Source: Candidatus Saganbacteria bacterium (GTDB taxonomy: Bacteria > Margulisbacteria > WOR-1 > JAKLHX01). Taken from it: 32,000 bases of DNA. Below are positions 27,396 through 32,000 of this stretch, piece by piece. Position 1 is the stretch's first letter; each line of letters opens with the position of its first letter. The stretch is taken from contig JAPLKZ010000005.1 of NCBI GenBank assembly GCA_026387835.1, positions 211,048 through 243,047 on the forward strand. Direction: 5' to 3'. The notes under the pieces are model-generated. The model searched no databases. It was given only the letters and a program-made list of their open reading frames with translations, and had not been told where the DNA came from. The translations under genes were made by a program, and so were the position numbers.

Positions 27396-27444
27396 GCAGT
27401 CGGCAGTCCGCAGTACGAACTGCGAGCTGCGTACGACGGACTGC
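27396..27444. repeat. right-flank GCAGTNN-heptamer repeat and imperfect inverted repeat
   Basis: GCAGTCC GCAGTACG (27403-27417) pairs 13/15 with CGTACGACGGACTGC (27430-27444); 27396-27418 is a 19/23 direct match to the left flank. Confidence 0.65.
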
Positions 27445-27466
27445 GGTCCTCGATATATAAATATCT

Positions 27467-27495
27467 TTGAAACAGAATATTTTTAATGATACAAT
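27467..27495 (+). promoter_or_regulatory. candidate promoter for the atp operon
   Basis: TTGAAA (27467-27472), 17-nt spacer, TACAAT (27490-27495), 8 nt upstream of the GTG start of atpB. Confidence 0.5.
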
Positions 27496-27503
27496 AATAT
27501 ATC

Positions 27504-28235
27504 GTGATACTTCAGATTGGCCAACATCCGACTTTCGAGATCAATAACATCTATTTCAACCTTGATACTATTGTTTCGCTTTTGATCGTCTCGTCGTTTA
27601 TAGTCCTGGCAGCGCTGGTCCTGCGCTTCACGGTATTGAGGAAGAGCGGAAGACCGGTCTCGCTTCTACAAATGGCGGTCGAAGCGATATATAACTTCAC
27701 AGAAAACATCTCTACGGGAATAATGGGGAATGCCGGACTCGTATATGTGAGCATTGTTTCCACCCTGTTCATTTTGATATTTTTCTCGAATATTTTCGGA
27801 CTGATCCCTGTCAACGCGGTCTACTCGCTGTTCTTTGAGAAACTGCTTGGACGGATCCCGGAGCTTTCGGCGCCAACATGTGATATCAACACCACCGCGG
27901 GACTGGCGGTCACCGTATTTCTGCTGATCCATTTTTTGGGCCTGAAAAACAAGGGATTAAGATATATGAAAAAGTTCTTCCAGCCGAATTTCTTCTTTTT
28001 CCCTATAAATGTCCTCGAAGAACTTGCCAAGCCGTTCTCGCTGGCGATAAGGCTTTTCGGCAACACATTCGGGAAGGAGACGATAATACTGGTCCTTGTG
28101 TCCATCACCGTTTTTCCGCTGTTATATCCTTTACCTGTGATGTTCCTGGACCTTTTCATCGGTACGATACAGGCGTTCATATTTTCGCTGCTCACTGCTT
28201 TTTATATTGCGGAAGCGGTATCTGAAGAACATTAG
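27504..28235 (+). CDS. atpB: F0F1 ATP synthase subunit a
   Basis: AtpB pattern NLVGLIPV-like NIFGLIPVNAVYS; ELAKPFSLAIRLFGNTFGKETI; GTIQAFIFSLLTAFYIAEA. Confidence 0.95.
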   Translation: MILQIGQHPTFEINNIYFNLDTIVSLLIVSSFIVLAALVLRFTVLRKSGRPVSLLQMAVEAIYNFTENISTGIMGNAGLVYVSIVSTLFILIFFSNIFGLIPVNAVYSLFFEKLLGRIPELSAPTCDINTTAGLAVTVFLLIHFLGLKNKGLRYMKKFFQPNFFFFPINVLEELAKPFSLAIRLFGNTFGKETIILVLVSITVFPLLYPLPVMFLDLFIGTIQAFIFSLLTAFYIAEAVSEEH

Positions 28236-28254
28236 AAAGAAAGGGGGATAAAAA

Positions 28255-28509
28255 ATGGAAGGTCAAGCTCTGGTCCAGGCGGTCTCGGTCTTTTGCGCGG
28301 CGTTCAGCGTGGCCCTTGCGGCGATAGGTTCGGCTCTCGGACAGGGGAAGGCGACAGCTTCGGCGCTCGAATCGATAGCAAGGCAGCCGGAGGCAAAGGG
28401 TTCGATCACCCAGCTGCTGATAGTGGCGCTGGCGTTCATCGAATCACTCACTCTGTACGCGCTGCTGATAGCGATAGTCCTGATATTTGCAAATCCGTTC
28501 GTGAAGTAA
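28255..28509 (+). CDS. atpE: F0F1 ATP synthase subunit c
   Basis: Two-helix hairpin: [60 protein letters not shown]. Confidence 0.96.
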   Translation: MEGQALVQAVSVFCAAFSVALAAIGSALGQGKATASALESIARQPEAKGSITQLLIVALAFIESLTLYALLIAIVLIFANPFVK

Positions 28510-28540
28510 ATATTGCGGTCCTTGGTCCGCAGGGTGAAAA

Positions 28541-29032
28541 ATGCTGGAAATTAACGGCACGATAGTCGCGGTAATAATAAATTTTGCCGTGCTTGTCTGG
28601 ATACTCAACAGTTTTCTGTACAAGCCGGTCAGGAATATCCTGCTGGAGAGAAAGAACAGGATAGAATCGGATACTGACGAAGCCCGGAAAAAGCTGAAAG
28701 ATGCGGAAGATATAAAAGCCTCTTATGAGATAAAATTAAAGCAGTCGGGCGATGAAGCAAAGAAGATAATCGATGCGGCAAATAATACGGCAGAAAGCCT
28801 GAAGACAGCCGCCCAGAAAGACGCTTCAGAAAATGCGGAAAAGTCAAGAAAAGACGCGGAGGCGGAGGCCGAGAAAATAAAGACCGAAGCCTTTGACAGC
28901 GTGAGATCGCAGATATCTTCGATGGTGGTCATGGCCGCAGGGAAAGTGATCGAAAAGAATATCGATGCGGCTTCACAAAGCGCTTTGATAGACGAATTCA
29001 TCGGAAAAATAGAAAAGGCAGGGCTTAACTGA
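28541..29032 (+). CDS. atpF: F0F1 ATP synthase subunit b
   Basis: N-terminal TM then NSFLYKPVRNILLERKNRIESDTDEARKK..., long charged helix; operon position. Confidence 0.93.
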   Translation: MLEINGTIVAVIINFAVLVWILNSFLYKPVRNILLERKNRIESDTDEARKKLKDAEDIKASYEIKLKQSGDEAKKIIDAANNTAESLKTAAQKDASENAEKSRKDAEAEAEKIKTEAFDSVRSQISSMVVMAAGKVIEKNIDAASQSALIDEFIGKIEKAGLN

Positions 29033-29565
29033 TGGGCAGTACCGGTCAAAGATATGCCAAAGCTCTTATCGAAAGTGTCCCTGCTGCCGGGGATCTGCAG
29101 CGGGCGAAAGAGGATTTTAAATCTTTCCTGGAGACGTTAGACGCGTCAAAAGAACTTAAGTTTGTTTTTATGAACCCGTCCGTCTCCAGGAAGACCGCGA
29201 AAGCGGTGCTGGAAGAAGTCCTTGAAAAAGGATCGGGGGAAATATTCAGGAAGTTCATCGGGGTCGTGATCGACAACGGCAGGCAGAAGATCATATACGA
29301 GATAAAAAATGATTTTGACCGCCTGTGCGACGAAGCGGCCGATATAATGAAGGTCACCGTAAAAAGCGCGGTGCCGTTAAGCCCGGACCAGGAAAAAAGG
29401 CTGAAAGAAAAATTGTCCCTGGCGACCGGCAAGGATGTCATAGTGGAAAATATCATCGAAGCGTCGGTCATAGGAGGATGCACAGTGACCGTCAGGGACA
29501 CGGTGGTGGACGGTTCCGTCAAAAATTATCTAAATAAGATGCAGGAGGCCTTGGCAAATGCTTAA
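29032..29565 (+). CDS. atpH: F0F1 ATP synthase subunit delta
   Basis: [15 protein letters not shown]..., [34 protein letters not shown]; operon position. Confidence 0.94.
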   Translation: MGSTGQRYAKALIESVPAAGDLQRAKEDFKSFLETLDASKELKFVFMNPSVSRKTAKAVLEEVLEKGSGEIFRKFIGVVIDNGRQKIIYEIKNDFDRLCDEAADIMKVTVKSAVPLSPDQEKRLKEKLSLATGKDVIVENIIEASVIGGCTVTVRDTVVDGSVKNYLNKMQEALANA

Positions 29566-31075
29566 ACCGGATGAGATAACAGCGATAATACGCGGGCGGA
29601 TAAAAGGTTTCTCAAAGGACCTGGATGTCTTTGAAAGCGGGGTCGTTACGGCTGCGGGTGACGGGGTCGCCACGGTATACGGCCTTTCAAACGTGATGTA
29701 CAACGAGCTCATCGAATTCTCTTCGGGTGTGACTGGGATCGCTTTTTCTCTTCTCAGCGACTGCGTGGGATGCATCATCCTGGGGGACGCCGAAAAGATC
29801 AAGGAAGGCGATACGGTCAGGAGAACAAAAAAAGTCATGAGCATACCGGTGGGCGATGCTCTCATCGGAAGGGTGATAGATCCGCTCGGAAAACCTCTTG
29901 ATGAAAAAGGACCGGTCCGGACGGCCGAATACAGGCCCATAGAAAGCCCTGCTCCGTCGGTCGTGGACAGGGAGCCCGTACAGGAACCGCTCCAGACAGG
30001 GATCAAAGCCATAGATTCGATGATCCCCATCGGAAGAGGGCAGAGAGAACTGATAATCGGCGACAGGAGCATAGGCAAGACAGCTATAGCCATAGATACG
30101 ATACTCAACCAGAAGGACAAAAGCGTTATCTGTATATATGTCGCGATAGGGCAGAAAGCCTCGAACGTAGCCCGCATAGTTGACATCCTTAATGAACACG
30201 GCGCCATGCAATATACAACGGTCATGTTCGCCGGAGCCAGCGACTCGCCGGCGCTTCAATACATCGCTCCTTACGCCGGATGCGCGATAGGCGAGCATTA
30301 TCTTTACAGCGGCCGTCACGCGCTTTTGATATATGACGATCTTTCAAAGCACGCGGTCGCATACAGGCAGATCTCACTTCTGCTGCGCAGACCCCCGGGG
30401 CGTGAAGCTTATCCCGGCGATATCTTCTACCTGCATTCAAGGCTGCTTGAGAGAGCGAGCAAACTGAACAAAGAGCTCGGGTCAGGCTCCCTTACAGCGC
30501 TGCCGATAATCGAAACGCAGGAGGGCGATATTTCCGCTTATATCCCGACGAACGTTATTTCAATAACCGACGGACAAATATATCTTGAAACGGACCTTTT
30601 TAATTCGGACGTTAAACCGGCCATCAATGTCGGGCTTTCAGTCTCAAGGGTGGGCGGCTCGGCCCAGATAAGCGCCATGAAAAAAGTAGCCGGAAGGCTG
30701 CGGCTTGACCTGGCCCAGTACAGGGAACTCGCGGCGTTCTCCCAGTTCTCGGCGGATATCGACAAGAGCACCGGCCAGCAGCTTCTCCGCGGGGAAAAAC
30801 TTACCGAACTTCTGAAACAGCCGCAATACCGGCCCATGGACGCGGTGGACCAGGTTATATCTATTTTTGCCGGGACAAAAGGATATCTGGATGATATCGA
30901 GAACTCGGAGATAGCCGCGTTCGAATCCGAATTATTAAGTTTTATGAAAAGCAATCATCCCGAGGTAATGAACGAAATAAGGAATACCTTGAAAATATCG
31001 GACCAGGCGGAAAAGCAGCTTATTTCGGCGGTCGAAACTTTTAAGAACGCCTTTAAGGCGGGAGTCAAACGCTGA
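29558..31075 (+). CDS. atpA: F0F1 ATP synthase subunit alpha
   Basis: [106 protein letters not shown]. Confidence 0.97.
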   Translation: MLKPDEITAIIRGRIKGFSKDLDVFESGVVTAAGDGVATVYGLSNVMYNELIEFSSGVTGIAFSLLSDCVGCIILGDAEKIKEGDTVRRTKKVMSIPVGDALIGRVIDPLGKPLDEKGPVRTAEYRPIESPAPSVVDREPVQEPLQTGIKAIDSMIPIGRGQRELIIGDRSIGKTAIAIDTILNQKDKSVICIYVAIGQKASNVARIVDILNEHGAMQYTTVMFAGASDSPALQYIAPYAGCAIGEHYLYSGRHALLIYDDLSKHAVAYRQISLLLRRPPGREAYPGDIFYLHSRLLERASKLNKELGSGSLTALPIIETQEGDISAYIPTNVISITDGQIYLETDLFNSDVKPAINVGLSVSRVGGSAQISAMKKVAGRLRLDLAQYRELAAFSQFSADIDKSTGQQLLRGEKLTELLKQPQYRPMDAVDQVISIFAGTKGYLDDIENSEIAAFESELLSFMKSNHPEVMNEIRNTLKISDQAEKQLISAVETFKNAFKAGVKR

Positions 31076-31992
31076 TGCAGAACCAGAAGACGATCAAGGA
31101 AAAAAGAAGGACGATAGAAAGCATAAAAAAGGTGACAAAAGCCATGGAGATGATATCCAATATCAAGCTCCAGCGCTCCATGAAGCCGCTCGCCCAGTCG
31201 CGGACGTGTTTGCAGGAGATCCTGCGTTTCGCCTGCAAGATCGCCGGAGAGAACCCGGAAGGTGTCTTTGACGGTATCGGCCTTTTAAAAAAACGGCACG
31301 TTGTTTCGACGCTGTTCGTCGCGGTCGCGTCCGACAAAGGGCTCTGCGGATATTTTAACAACAATATACTGAACAAAATTGTGGCGGCAGCCTTAGAAGA
31401 GGTCTCCTCTGGTAAAAAAGTGTCTTTCATAACTGTCGGGAAAAAGGCCCGCGACTTCATATCGAAAAAGGGGTTTGAGGTCAGGACCGATATCTCTGCT
31501 TCACTTCCGAAGGAAGAGATCGCGGCAAAGATACAAAGTATCATTGTCGGGCTTTTTGAGAAAGGCAGCGTGGACAGCGTGCGGGTCTTTTACAGCCGGT
31601 TCACTTCCGTAAAAAGACAGGATGTATCTTCAGCGGAGGTCCTTCCGGTCTCTTTTGATGATCTTATCTGCCATGAGCCGGTGAAAGTCCATTCCGACGC
31701 CCCGTTCACTCAGTCGGGATACGAATATACAATTCCGGATTTCATCTACATCCCGGATAAGGAAGGTCTGTTCAAAGAACTCCTCCGGTATTTCATAGAA
31801 AATAAGCTGTTGAATATTTTAGCGGAATCAAATTCAGGAGAACATGCCAGCCGGATGGTGGCTATGCAGCAGGCTACCCTGAGCGCGGATGACATGATAG
31901 CGGCCCTGCTGCTCCAATATAATAAAGTCAGGCAGGAGCAGATAACGACGGAAATAATCGAAGTGGTCAGCGGCGTGAACGCGCTGAACTGA
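31075..31992 (+). CDS. atpG: F0F1 ATP synthase subunit gamma
   Basis: RRTIESIKKVTKAMEMISNIKLQRS; DKGLCGYFNNNI; C-terminal SEHASRMVAMQQATLSADDMIAALLLQYNKVRQEQITTEIIEVVSG. Confidence 0.95.
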   Translation: MQNQKTIKEKRRTIESIKKVTKAMEMISNIKLQRSMKPLAQSRTCLQEILRFACKIAGENPEGVFDGIGLLKKRHVVSTLFVAVASDKGLCGYFNNNILNKIVAAALEEVSSGKKVSFITVGKKARDFISKKGFEVRTDISASLPKEEIAAKIQSIIVGLFEKGSVDSVRVFYSRFTSVKRQDVSSAEVLPVSFDDLICHEPVKVHSDAPFTQSGYEYTIPDFIYIPDKEGLFKELLRYFIENKLLNILAESNSGEHASRMVAMQQATLSADDMIAALLLQYNKVRQEQITTEIIEVVSGVNALN

Positions 31993-32000
31993 AGACGAAA

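Noticed and set aside
26762-27444. Possible CRISPR-like array from the short GCAGTNN repeats
   Set aside because: Only a few adjacent 7-mers, no spacer-repeat alternation and no cas genes.
27396-27444. Rho-independent terminator after the toxin gene
   Set aside because: The inverted repeat is imperfect and lacks a following T tract; better explained as a repeat remnant.
1-32000. tRNA, rRNA, prophage or transposase genes
   Set aside because: I saw no convincing tRNA or rRNA sequence by eye and no transposase, integrase or phage structural protein among the ORFs; tRNAscan-SE and cmscan would be needed for certainty.

Overview
The window looks like a compact, AT-moderate bacterial chromosome segment, probably from an uncultivated lineage. 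It is mostly housekeeping genes in tightly overlapping operons. From left to right: the 3' end of an unknown protein; a GuaB3-like IMPDH-family protein and a YgiT-type zinc-finger protein (minus strand); two secreted or lipoprotein genes (a vWA protein and a ZU5-like/carboxypeptidase-regulatory multidomain lipoprotein); glyA-ftsE-ftsX-parvulin PPIase; a convergent phosphohexomutase plus PBP1-type penicillin-binding protein (minus); aroQ-M24 peptidase-ispD-two half-size TauE/SafE proteins-trpE-rodA; glyQ followed by an unusual coupled set (unknown barrel-like protein, secreted metallophosphoesterase, DUF4127, FAD oxidoreductase, minimal ImmA/IrrE-like HExxH protein, 36-aa basic microprotein); a WecA/TagO-like transferase, wecB and atpZ; a Phd/YefM-RelE toxin-antitoxin cassette; then the ATP synthase operon atpB-E-F-H-A-G. 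I see no convincing novel defence or mobile system. The best second-look items are: (1) a toxin-antitoxin cassette flanked by imperfect GCAGTNN-heptamer repeats between atpZ and atpB, with twin TGTACG motifs 12 bp apart at its promoter; (2) a recurring layout in which a -10 box lies about 8-15 nt from the start codon with little or no SD, suggesting leaderless or near-leaderless mRNAs for several genes; (3) a c-subunit with the Q...ES...Y Na+-type ligand pattern; (4) split half-size TauE/SafE genes; (5) the uncharacterised glyQ-downstream operon; and (6) a duplicated aroQ start region next to a nested inverted-repeat element.
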